From contig JABVCE010000009.1 in assembly GCA_014905635.1 (NCBI GenBank), forward strand, positions 930,001 through 994,000: DNA of 64,000 nt, read 5' to 3'. Origin of the DNA: Scenedesmus sp. PABB004 (lineage: Eukaryota). Within the stretch, counting starts at the first letter, position 1. Each line of letters opens with the position of its first letter. Positions 24,360 through 35,805 of this stretch are shown here, in pieces. Below the pieces are notes generated by a model. That model made no database searches. It was not told the origin of the DNA and saw only the letters and a list, made by a program, of their open reading frames with translations. The translations under genes were made by a program, and so were the position numbers.

Positions 24360-27296
24360 CTAGCCGAGGTTTTGCTGGCGCTGGAAGTAGACCTTCATGC
24401 GCTCCTTGATGCCCGCCTTGGGCGCGGGCGTGGTCGGGCTGTAGCACAGCCCCGCGTCGGCGCAGAGCTCAAACTCGGTCTCCGGCGGCAGCGCGACCTT
24501 GAGGCCGAGCGCCAGCGGCGGCCGCGCGCCGCGGCCGCCCCCGCCGCCCAGCGACGCCGCGCGGTCAAAGCCGGCGCCCGCGGCCGCCGCGGCCGCGCCG
24601 AGCGCGGCCGCGCCGACGCCCGTGACGCTGCTGCTGCGGACGGGGCTGCCGCCCGGCGCCGGCGCGTGCGGCGCGCTGGGGTTGAGCGGCGACAGCCGCT
24701 CGCCCGGCGCCGCAAACGCGCTGGCCCCCGCCTTGGGCGACGCGAGCAGGCCCACGCTCGTCGCCGCGCCTGCGGGCGCCGCAGCTGGCGTCAGGGCGCG
24801 TGAGCGCGGCCGAGCACCCGCGCCGGTCCCGGCGCCGGGGCGGGCGTGCCGCCGCCGGCGTACAGCTGTGCCGCGCCGCGTCGCGCCGCGCACCCGGCTC
24901 GGAGGACAGCACGCTCAGGCGCGGGCGGTCGCTGGTGGCGCCGTGGACGTCCCGCAGCCGCTCTGCCGCCGCCTGCGAGGTGGGGCTGGCCAGCGGCGCG
25001 CCTGCGCCCACACTGCTCAGGCCCGCGCCGCTCGTCACCACCGACAGCCCGCTGGGGCGCGCGCCGCTGCCACTGCTCCTGGGGCCACTGCCGCCACTGC
25101 TGCCGCCACCGGCGCCGTCGCGCTCGCTGCCAAAGGCGTCGAGGTGCAGGTGCTGGAGCTGCCGCGCCGCGCCCGTGGGCGTCACCGGCAGCGCCGCCGG
25201 CAGCGTCAGCCCCGCGCCGCCGCAGGGCACGCCGCCCGCGGGCAGCGGCGCCAGCGCGGGCGCCGCCGCGGGCTCGTCGCCGCCGCCGCCGCCGTCGCGC
25301 GCGCGCGCGGCGCCGCCGCCCGCCAGGCTCATGGCGCGCTTGAGGTCCTTGACGCCGCCGCACGCCGAGGCCGCCACGTCCAGCACCAGCGGCTGCAGCA
25401 GCATCTCCTTGCTCGGCCGGTGGTGCTCCGAGAGCGTGCGCTGCAGGTTGGTCGTGATCCTGGCGGCGGCCGCCGCAGCGGCGTCGAGTCGGGCGGCGGC
25501 CGCCGGCCCGGTGGTGGGCGGCAGCGGCGGCGGAGGCGGCCAGCCAGCGCGAGCTGCGCCGCACCAGGCGTGCTTGAGCAGCGCCGCCGCGGTCGGGCGG
25601 TCCTCGGGCGCCTTGACGAGCGCGGCGCGCACAAACTCTGCCCACGCGGGGCTGCGGTTGGGCGGGAACTTGATGGCGTCGCTGTACATGATCAGCGCCG
25701 CGGTCTGGGCCTCATCCTCCACCTCAAACGGCGGCCTGCCGGCGCCGGGCGGCGGACCGGCGCGGGGCGTCAGGCGCGCGGGGCGAGCGGCGCGCGCCGG
25801 TGCGCGCGGCCGCCGCGGCCGCGGCCGCGGCCGCGGTGCGCACCGCCCGCAGACCAGCTCGTACGCGAGCACGCCCGCCGCCCACACGTCGACGGGCGGG
25901 CCGTACGCGCGCACGCCGCGCGCGGCGAGCGCGGCCGCGTCGACGCCGCGGCCCTCCTGGAAGGGCACCGACGGGTTGCGCAGCACCTCGGGCGCCATGT
26001 AGTCGAGCGTGCCGCTGCGGCTGAAGGGCACCTCCTCGTCGTAGCGGATTGCCAACCCAAAGTCGCCGAGGCGCAGCTTGCCGAGGCCCGTGAGGAAGAT
26101 GTTCTGCGTGGCAGGCGCGCGCGGCGCACCGCAGCGTCAAGTCGAGCCACGCCGGCCGCCGCGCGCGGCGCGGCGTGAGCTCGCGCTGGCAACGCCCGCG
26201 CTCGCGCCGGCCCCCCGCCCACCTCGGGCTTGATGTCTCGGTGCAGCCACTTGAGGCTGTGCATCTTCTCCAGGATGCGCAGCAGCGGCACGATCACCTG
26301 GCGCGCGGGCGCGGCGGCATGCGGTGCAGAGGCGGCGGCGGCCGGCGCGTCGGCGCCGCCCCGCCGCCCTCGCGCGCGCGGAGCGACACACGGCACGCGG
26401 GGCGCGCGCAGCGCAGCTCGCGGCGCGCGCCTCGACGCAGACCCAGGCCTCGTCGAGCAGGCCGCCGTGCATGAGCATGGTCTTGAACAGGTCCCCGCCC
26501 TCGCACAGCTCCATCACGATGTACACTGCCGCCGCGTCCTCAAACGTCGCGTAGAACTCGGCCACGTATGGCCCGTTGAGCGCCTTCATCGCCTGCGGGG
26601 CCGCGGGCGGGGCGCGGCTGGGTGGGCACGCGCGCGGCGCGCGGGCGGCGGCTTGCAGGACGGCCCGCGGCGCCGCCAGGCCACCAGGGCGCCGGCGGCG
26701 GCGGACCTCGATCTCGCGGCGCAGCTTGTGGTGGTGCTTGGGGTGCATCTTGGCCTTGTGGTAGGCCTTGAGGATCACCTTGGCGCCGCTCGCGACGCAC
26801 ACGGCCTTGAACACCGTCGCGACGCTGCGGCGGCGCCGGCGCGGCGCCGCGCTCAGCGGCGTGCTCAGCGGCGGGCGCAGCCGGGCGGGTCCGGCCCTGC
26901 CTGCAGCGCGCGCGCTGCCAGCGCCCCCCGGGTGGTGTGGCGCCGCACCCGCCGCGGTAGAGCTCGACCTTCTGGCTGAACTGGGCGATGCTGTCATACT
27001 TGACGCGGCTTGCGGGCGCCCAGCGCGCGGCGGCCGCGCGCTCCGACGCCTCCACCTGCGCCTTGCGCTGGCTGGCGTACGAGAAGGACTTGGCCGAGCC
27101 CTGGGCCGTCAGGTAGCACGCCGCGCCGCCGGGGTCGAGGGCGCTGAGGCCGCCGCCGAGGGCCCTGCGCGCGCGGCGTGCGCCTGAGCGCGGCCGGCGG
27201 CGGAGCGCCGCCCCATCGGGCGCAGCCGCCCTGCCTGCGCGCGCGCGCGGCGCACGGCGCGGCGCCGCCGCCCGTCGCCGCACGCGCTCACTCGCT

Positions 27297-27336
<40 letters not shown>

Positions 27337-27476
27337 AGCGCCGGCCGCAGCGCGGGCAGGGCCCACTCGCTGTGCGCCGAGCGCCCGACCTCCAGCCCCG
27401 GCTCATCATCGTACGGCCGGCCGTCAGCCTTGAGCTTCAGCTTCTTGGCCTCGAAGAGCTCCTTGAGAAAGCCCAT
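24360..27476 (-). CDS. Ser/Thr protein kinase, Aurora-like (algal expanded family), with long low-complexity C-terminal tail
   Basis: VILKAYHK, LRREIE, YIVMELCEGGDLF, LHRDIKPE|NIFL, LRLGDFGLAI, SGTLDYMAPEV, DVWAAGVLAYEL, RPPFE and PEDRPTAAALLKHAW. Confidence 0.9.
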
Positions 27477-28204
27477 GGCCGGCGCGGGGCGGCGCGGCGC
27501 GCGCCGCTACTGCTGTCGCGCCGCGGGCCGCATGGGCCGCTACGGGCGCCGCCTGGGCCGCTCGTAGCACGAGCGCTCCGGTCAGCGACCGATGGAAGGT
27601 TCCGGGTGCCGCGTCTGTGCGCGTGCGCCGCGCGGGCTGGGCTGGCCGGGCGCCGCGGTCCACCCTGCGCTCTGCGTGCGCGGGCGCTGCAGGGGCCTGC
27701 TGACGGGTGCCGGCAATCGCGGGAAGCACGCAGAGCAGCTAGAGTGAAGCTTGCAGCGCGCAGGGGCGGCAGGCCAGCGGGGTTTGGCGGCGCGCCGCGG
27801 CGAGCGGAGCGGAGCGGCTGGGAGGCGCGGCTGCGCCCGAGCAGCTCGCGGGAGGTCGCCCGAGCTGGGGCGGCGTCTGTCGTGGCTGTACTTGCGGCGA
27901 GGGCGCGCGCGCGCGGGCCGCCGGGCGGCTGGCTCACGCCCACGCCGACGCGCTGCCACGCCGCGGGCCTGTTCAGCACTTTACAGGCAGAGTTTGTGCG
28001 CAGCAGCACATGGACACGATGAAAAAGGGATCAGCTACATGCAATGCAGGAATCGACCGATCAGGCGAGGGGAGCGTGCGTGAGTTGGATGCCCCGCGTG
28101 CGCCGCGCCGCGCCGCGCCGCTGGCTGCGGCGCCCGCCGGCGCCGGCGGGCGCGCTTATTGCGTTCTTATTGCCTGCCTGCCTGCCGCCGCGGCCGTGCC
28201 GCGC

Positions 28205-29688
28205 CTACTGCGTGGCCTGCGCCTTGAACCAGGGCGTGAGGCCGAAGCTGCGGATCATGAATGCGAGCTTGCCCCAGTGAAGCTTGCTCCAGTTGTCCCA
28301 CACGATGCCGCCGGTGTCGCCGCTGTTCTCGTTGTACGCCCACCACAGCCAGCCGGCCACCGGCACCTGGTTGTACGCGCGCGCGCCGCCCTGCGCCGGC
28401 AGCGGCGGCGGCGGCGGGCGGGTGAGCGGTGCCGCCGCGGCGGCGAACACGCGCGCGGCCGCGCGCGACCTGCGCGCTGCGCCGCACGGCGCGGCCATCC
28501 CCGCCCGCCCCGCCGCCTGCCACCCCCGGGCGGCCCACCCGGGCGGCCATGAAGTCGCCAAAGTCGGAGAGCCACTGGGTGTCGGCCCAGTCGGCCATGA
28601 ACGACCCGGTCTCGCCGACGACGACGGGGAAGACGCGGCAGCGCCCGCCCGCGCACACGCCGCGGCTCTGCAGCGACCCAAACGCGATCGCGCACTGCTC
28701 CCACAGCGCGGTGCCCAGGAAGGTGGCCTTGGTGATGCTCGGCGGGTAGACGTGCGGCGAGAAGATGACCTGCACCGAGGCGGCGCGGCGCGGCGCGACG
28801 TGTGGGCAGGGCGCGGCTGGCGGGCGCGCGCGCGCTGGCGAGCCGGCGGCAGGCGGCGTGGTGCCTGCCGGCGCGCCGGCGGCGGCCACACCTTGTCAAC
28901 GTAGGGCTTGCCCAGCAGCTCGGCGAAGAAGGGGTTGGGGTCGGAGAGGCCGTAGCGGGAGATGATGCTGGGCTCGGTGATGAAGCCGTTGCCCCAGTTG
29001 AGGCCAAAGCTGGTCTGCCTGGACGCGGCGCCGCGGCCAGGTGCGGAAGCCGGCTGGGCTCGGCAGCGGCCCGCGCGGCGCGCACCACGCGGCGCGCCGC
29101 GCCCGCGCCGCGCGCTGCGCGGCGCGCCGCCGCACCCTGCGCCCTGGAGGACGTACAGCAGGCCATCTGGCGCCAGCGCGTGCAGCGCGTCGAGGGTGCG
29201 CAGGTAGAGGTCCCGCGCGCCGGGCGCCTTGTCGGTCGCCTCCCAGCGGATGCGCATCGAGTCCGGCTCGTTCAGCACGTCCTGCGCGACACGGGGCCCG
29301 GCGCGCGCGGCGGCGCGTCGGGCACGCCGCCACCCCGAGCGCCGCGCGGCTGTGCCGCCGCCGGCGCCGCCCTCGCGCCCCGCGGAGCCGCACCACGAGC
29401 ACGCGGCCCTTGAGGTCGGCGTCCCAGTTGGAGAGGCTCGTCACGCGGCTCAGCAACGCGCGCCACTTGCACACAAACTCGGCGACGTTGTTCGCCTGCG
29501 GCTCGGTGTCCATGGGCTGGTAGTCAAGCATCACGTACATGCCCGCCGCCACAAAGGTCTGAACCGTGTACATCAGACGGTCGTACGTGCTCGACGACGG
29601 GAGGTACCTGCAGGCGCGCACACGCGGCCCCGCGGTGGATGAGCAAGCGCGCGCGGGGCGTGATGGGCGCGGGGCGCGGGGGGCAGCA

Positions 29689-29739
<51 letters not shown>

Positions 29740-31501
29740 GCGGCGGCGCGGCGGCGCGGCGCGCACGCGTTGCAGACCCCCGCGTCGCGCGGCGCCTCGG
29801 CCGGGTTGGGCGGCAGCGGGCGGTCGGTCCACGTGCCCGGCTGCATGAGCCGGCGCCGCAGGTCCTCCTTGGACATCTCCCAGCACCGCACCGTCTGCGG
29901 GGCGCGGCGGCCGCGGCGGCACCGCGAGCTCTCCTGCAAGCGCGCGGCGCGCCCGCGCCCGCGCCCCGCCGCCGCCGCCCGTCGCCTGCGCCCCGCCGCT
30001 GCAGCCCGCCCGCCCCCGCGCGCGGCGCGGCGCGCACGTAGTCCTTGGGGTAGGGATAGTCGAGGTCCCGGTAGCGGAAGGGCAGCCGCACCTGCGCGGG
30101 CGGGCGCGGGGTGTGTGCGCCCGCGCCAGCGGCGCCGGGCGGGCGTGGCGCGGCGCGGCGCGGCGCGGCGCGGCGCGGCGCGGCGCTGCGCGGGCGCGGG
30201 CGCGGGCGGAGGCGCGCTGCGCTGCGCTGCGCTGTCTGGACGCGCCAGGTTGTAGCCCAGCAGGCGCAGCTGGTAGACGACCGTCGCAAAGTCGGTCTCC
30301 GCGGCGCTGCCGCCGTGGCCCAGGCCGTCGGGCGCGTAGCGCGCGACGTTGAAGCCAAACCAGTTGATGCCGTGAAGCTGAACCTCGCGCCCCGCCGCGA
30401 CCACGCGGTTGCCGCGCAGCTCGAGCGGCGGCGGCGGCGCGCCGCGCGGCGGCGCAGCTGCGTGCATGCGCGCGCCGGCAGCGGCGGCGGCGGCAGCGCG
30501 GCAGCTTCAGGCCGGCCGCTTGCAGGGGGGTCGCTTGCAGGGCGGCGCTGCGCGCGCCGCACCCGGCGTCTTGCTGGCGGCGGTGGGCTCGCAGCGCGAC
30601 CAGGCGGCCGTCTTGAACACGCACACGTCGCCGGGGGTGGCACAGCACGCGCGCGCGCCGCAGGCGCCCCAGGTCGGCGCGTAGCTGTAGCAGACTGCGA
30701 GACGCGCAGCGGGCGGGCAGGCGCGGCGTCAGCAGGGCGGCGGCGCCGGCGGCAGCGCAGCGCGCCGCGCGCACGGTTGGCCTCGCTCGACGAGCTCGCC
30801 GGCTCGCAGCGCCACCAGCTCGCGTCCTTGCGCGTGCACGCGTCGCCGTGCTTGCAGCACTGGCCGCCCCAGGGCGCGTCGCAGCCGCTGCCGACGGCGC
30901 AGCTGGCGCCGCCGCCGCCGCAGGGGCCCCAGGTGCTGATCGACTTGGAGCAGGCTGTGCAGCGCGGGCGCGCGCGCCGGCGGCGTGAGCGGCGGCCGCG
31001 CGCGTGTGTGCGCGCGCGGGGCCGGGCGGCGGGGTCGGTGCCCCGGGCGCCGCCGGCCGCGCACGCACAGTTCCTGCGGGGCTCGCAGCGCCACCAGGTC
31101 GGGCCCTGGCGCACGCACGCGTCGTCCGGCCGGCACGCGACGCCCGGCCACTGGCTGTCGCAGCGCGCGGTGCCGCAGGGGCAGAACTGGCTGCCGCCGC
31201 AGTTGCCCCACGTCTCGGCCGTCCACCCTGAGTGGTTGGCGGCGGCAGTGAAGCGTGGGCGCCGCGGGCGGCGGGCGCAGCGTGCGCCGCCCGCGCGCAC
31301 AGCGGCGCCGCCGGCCGCCGGGCGCGCACGGCCGGGCCGGTAGCACTCCCACCTTGCGCGACAATCAGGCACGGCCCCAGCGCGAGCGCCACGGCCGCGA
31401 GCGCGGCGCTGCGGGCGCGGGCGGCGCGGGCTGAAGTCAGCGGCGGCCCGCAGCGCAGCGCAGCCGGCGGCCGCGGCTGGCACGACGCACCTGGGTCGCA
31501 T
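28205..31501 (-). CDS. Secreted GH5 glycoside hydrolase (cellulase-like) with three N-terminal CBM1-like Cys/Trp-rich repeats
   Basis: Spliced signal peptide MRPSAALAAVALALGPCLIVAQG; three WGxCG...C...WxRCEP repeats; GH5 motifs LHGINWFGFN, VRLPF, LNEPDS (acid/base Glu at 29267-29269), FSPHVYPP, VVGETG (nucleophile Glu at 28611-28613) and WWAYNENSGDTGG. Confidence 0.88.
29691..29737. repeat. (GCA)n trinucleotide repeat in a GH5 intron
   Basis: About 15 tandem gca units read directly. Confidence 0.85.
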
Positions 31502-31878
31502 GGCGGGCGAGCCGCGTGGGCAGGCGGGCCGCGGCGGCGGGTCGGCGAGCGGCCGCGCGCGCGAGAGCAGCGGCGCAGCGCCCGGCACGCGCGAGCAGGG
31601 ATCCGACCTGCGGCTAGGGGGCGCGAGGGAGAGCGCGCGGGGCGGGCGATTGGGCGGCGCGTGCAGCTTATCAGCAAAAGCTGTCGACGACGTTTCAAAC
31701 GGGCGAGCTCCGGGGTTCAACGGCACCACAGCCGCCGCGCACCCTCCCGCCCGCGGTCCCCAGGCAAGGAAGCCCCGCCCATTACGGATTCAAAGATTAG
31801 CGCAAGCCCGCTGTCCCCGCTGCCCTGCCGCCCTGCCGCCCGCTGCCTGCTGCACTGTACACGCGCCGCGCGCGCTCG

Positions 31879-32695
31879 TCACGTGCCTTCGCTCAGCCGC
31901 CGCTGCGCGCCCGCGCTGAAGGGGCTGACGCGCCCGCTGCCGCCGCTGTCGCCGCCGGCGCTGCTGCTGCCAGGCCGCCCGCCCGCCGCCGCTGCCGGCG
32001 CTTGCGCGGTCGTGCTGCCCACGCTCTCCAGCGGCAGGCCCGCCTCGACGTCGTCCCCGGCGCGCCGCTGCGCGCCGCGCGGGCCGGCGACGCGGAGCGG
32101 GCTCGCGCCGAGCGGGCCGGCGCCCGCCAGCGCAGCCGCCAGCGGGTCGCCGGCGTCGCCGCGCGGGCTGCGCGGGCTGTTGCCCTGGAGCTCCAGGTGC
32201 AGCGCGGGGTCGCCGAGGTCCGACATCGACAGCCGCACGAGCTGGTCCGCCGTCGCCGCGTTGATGGCGGGCCGCCGGCTGCGCAGCGCCGCGCTGTGCA
32301 GCATCTGGCGCACCGTGAGCTCGCGCGGGCCGACGTCGTGCGCGATCGCCTGCGGCGCGGCGCGGCGGCGGCGGTGGCGGCTGGGGCGCAGCCACGTGGC
32401 CAGGCCCTCAAGCGCGCGCGCGCAAGCCGCGCTCCCGCCGCCGCCGCATCTGCGGCCGTGTCCGCCGCGCCGCGTCCTCCGCGCCGCGTCCGCCGCCGCG
32501 CACCTCCTGCAGGTGCATCACCGCCTCGCACAGGCCCTCCTCCTTGGCCTGCCCGCCGCGGCCGTCGCGCACGAGCGCGACGAGCTTTTCAATCGAGTCA
32601 AAGTAGTCGTTGATGATGTTGTGCTGCTCGCCCTCGCGCAGCTCGACCAGCATGGCCACCGGGTCGACCTCGCCGTGCCTGCGCGGAGCAGCAGC

Positions 32696-32729
<34 letters not shown>

Positions 32730-35557
32730 GCGGCGGCGGGCAGCTGTGTGGGAGGCGGGCGGGCGGCGCGCGGCGTGCGCGCGCTCGCAGGACGGCGCGC
32801 GCACCCCTGGCTCTGCATCAGCGACGTCTGCGCTGCGATGGAGAGCTGCTGCAGCGCGAGGGACTTGGAGTCGGACCGCGACGGCCGGAAGGGCTGCTCC
32901 GACGGCTCCTCCTGCGCGCCGCGGCGGCGGCGGCGGCGGCGGCGGCCGCGCGCGCGGGCTCGGGGCCCCGCGCCCGCGCCGCGCGCCCGCCCGCGCACCC
33001 CGCCGCCGGCCTAAAAGCACCCTCCCGCCTGGGCGCGCGGCGCCCTTGGAAGGCCCGGCTGGGCGCGCCGCCGCGCACCGACTTGTCGAGCAGCAGCGGC
33101 GCGAGCCAGAACACGCAGAGCGTGCCGAGCGTGGCGCAGATGATGATGGCCATGATGCCGGTGGCGAGGATGTCGTTGCCCCACCCCACCCAGCGCTCGT
33201 ACGCGGGGTCCGCCGACAGGTGCGCGTGGATGAGCGACAGCGGCACCGCGCTCAGCGACGCCTGCACCGTCGCCTTGGGCGTCCACGCGATCGCGAAGAA
33301 GAGGCGCTCCTTCCACGCGTAGCGCTGCCGGCCCATCACCAGCCACGTGCACAGCGTGCGCAGCGCGAGGCCTGCGCGCGGGCGCGCGCGCACGCGCACG
33401 CGGCTCGCAGGGCGGCGGCTCGCAGGGCGGCGGCTCGCAGGACCGGCGCGCGGCGCGCAGGCCGGTGCGCACCGGTGCAGACGACGAGGACGGACTTTGG
33501 GATCGTCCCCGGTGGCATCTTTGCAAACACGATGCTCGTGCCGATCGTGGCAAAGAGCATCGGCTCCATCACCCAGTTCCACACCTGCCGGCGGCGGCGG
33601 CGGCGGCGGGGCGGCGGCAGGGCATCGGCGACGCGGCGGGACCGGGCGCAGCCGGGGCGCAGGGGTGGCAGGGCGGCGGCCGGCGCCGCGCGCAGGCCGC
33701 GCCGCGTGCGCGACGGCGCGGGGGGTCGCACCACCGCGCACACGCGCTCCACGGCCGCCGAGTGCGAGTTGCAGGGCCCCGCGCTCAGCGCGGCGGGGCG
33801 GCCGTGCTCCCAGCAGTAGCACGCGACGAGGCCGACCGTGAGCGCGCCGAGCGCGCCGCCGGAGAGCATGTCGTAGTACTCAAGAAAGAACATGATCAGC
33901 AGCGCTGCCAGACGGCGGCGGCGGCACGGGGGCGCGCGGCCCGGCGGCGGAGGCGGAGGCGGCGGCGAGTGAGCGTGGCGCACGAGTCGGGCGCGGCCTG
34001 CCGCCCGGCGGCCGCCGGGCGGGGCGGGCCGGGAGCGCACGCGGCGCGGCGCGCACCCGCGCCGTAGATGCCGATGAGGCGCTTGTGCCTGTTGTCAAAC
34101 AGCACCCGCGTCGCGCCGAGCACCACGCCCGCGAGCAGCCCGCCGAGCATGCCAAACACCACCTGCGCCGGCGGCGGCACGAGCGGCGGGTGCGGCGGCG
34201 GCGGCGCTCGGGCCGCCTGCCATTCAATGCTCGACACCCCGCGCCCCGCGCGCCGCGCGCGGCGCGCGCCTGTAGCGGTCCGCTCGCGATCATCCAGGCC
34301 GCGTTTTCGCCGGTCGCGATGGCGAGGTTTATGAAGATGCTGAACCCCGTGATCGCGACGATGTCGTCAAAGCTCGCCGCGATGACGACGGTGCTGGGAA
34401 TGCCCTGCTTCGCGCCCAGGCCCTGCGCGCCGCGGCGCCGGGAGGGCGGGGCGGGGCGGGGCGGGGTGGGAGGGAGGCTCGGCAGCGGCGAGCGGGAGGT
34501 GGCGCCTGGCGGTGCGACGCGGGCCGGCGGCCAGCGGCCGGCGGCCGGCGGCCGGCGGCTGCTGCCCCGCGCGCGCGCGCGCCGCCGCGCCGCGCGCCGC
34601 GCGCGCCTGCTTCTGCAGCTGGAACATCGCGGGCACGACGAGGCCGGGGCCGACGGCCTTGAGTATGAAGCCGAGCGAGAGCGCGAGCGTAAAGGGCATG
34701 CCAAACACGGCGACCGCCACGCCGCCGTCAAACAGCGCCTCGGCGAGGCCCGGCAGGAACGCGAGGCGCAGCGCGGGCCACTTGTAGAGGGCCATGGTCT
34801 TGAACTCCAGCTCCAGGCCGCAGCGCAGGAAGATCGTCGCGAGCGCGGCGGCGCGCATCTGCACGCCCCAGCGCGCCGGGAACGCGGCGACGACGCCGCC
34901 CGGCACGTTGGCGAGCAGCAGGCCCGCGCCGAGCATGCCGACGACGCGCGGGACGCGCAGCTGCGGCGCGCGGGCGTGGCCGCTGGGGTGTGAGGCGCGG
35001 CTGCGGCGGCGCTGCGGCGCGGCGAGCCGGCGCGCGCGGCGCACCACGTGCGCGAGCTGCGCGGCGACGACTGCGCAGATCCAGATCACCAGCGTCGCGA
35101 ACGCCGGCGCGCCGGGCAGGAAGGCGTTGCCGACGCAGAAGACCAGGACTGTGCGCGCGCGGCGTGTGGGCGGGCGGCGTGGGGCGGCGCGAGAAGCGGC
35201 GACTCGGCGCGCTGTGCCCGCGCGGCGCCCGCGCACCGCCGTAGACCACCGCCGACAGCAGCAGCATCTCCACGCTCACCGACACGCCTGCGGCGGAGGG
35301 CGGCGGGGCCATCGGCGGCGGCTGCGGCAGCGGCAGCGGCAGCGGCGCGGCAGCGGTTGCGGCGCACTCGACTTGGTCGCCGGCCCCAGCCGGCGCAGGC
35401 GTTCGCTCCAGCTCAGCGGCGCCGGCCTGCTCTGCGCCTGGTGCGTGACGCCGCGCCGTGGGCTCAGCGTTGTCGCGCTGCTGCTGCCGGCCCCGCCGTT
35501 CACCATCTCGCTGGACCGCCGGGCCGGGCCCGCGCCGGCCCGGGGCGACGCCACCAT
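31879..35557 (-). CDS. Na+/H+ antiporter, CPA2 NHA/SLC9B-like, multi-exon
   Basis: VGMLGAGLLLAN, ALATIFLRCGLELE, LGFILKAVGPGLVVPAM, GIPSTVVIAASFDDIVAITGF (DD motif), EPMLFATIG, KERLFFAIAWTPKATVQA. Start codon uncertain. Confidence 0.88.
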
Positions 35558-35805
35558 CGCCGGGCGCGTCTACGAGCGGCCCGGCATCGGGGCGCGCGCG
35601 GCACGCGGAACGAGAGTACTGCTGCTCGCGGGCGGGCGCAGGCCCGGGAGGGCGCGGGGGATCGCCGCGCGAGGGCGGGTATGCGCGACGTGTCGGCGGC
35701 GGTCGCGGCTGGGCACCCGCGGCGGCGGCGCCAGCGCACGGGGCTTCGGGCGCCTTGCACCGCCGCGGCGCGGCACAGCGCGCGCCCGGCCGCCGGCCGC
35801 CCCCG

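Noticed and set aside
29639..29848. Poly-Gln/poly-Cys/poly-Leu mini-ORFs
   Set aside because: These are translations of an intronic (GCA)n microsatellite; the same applies at ~32685-32730.
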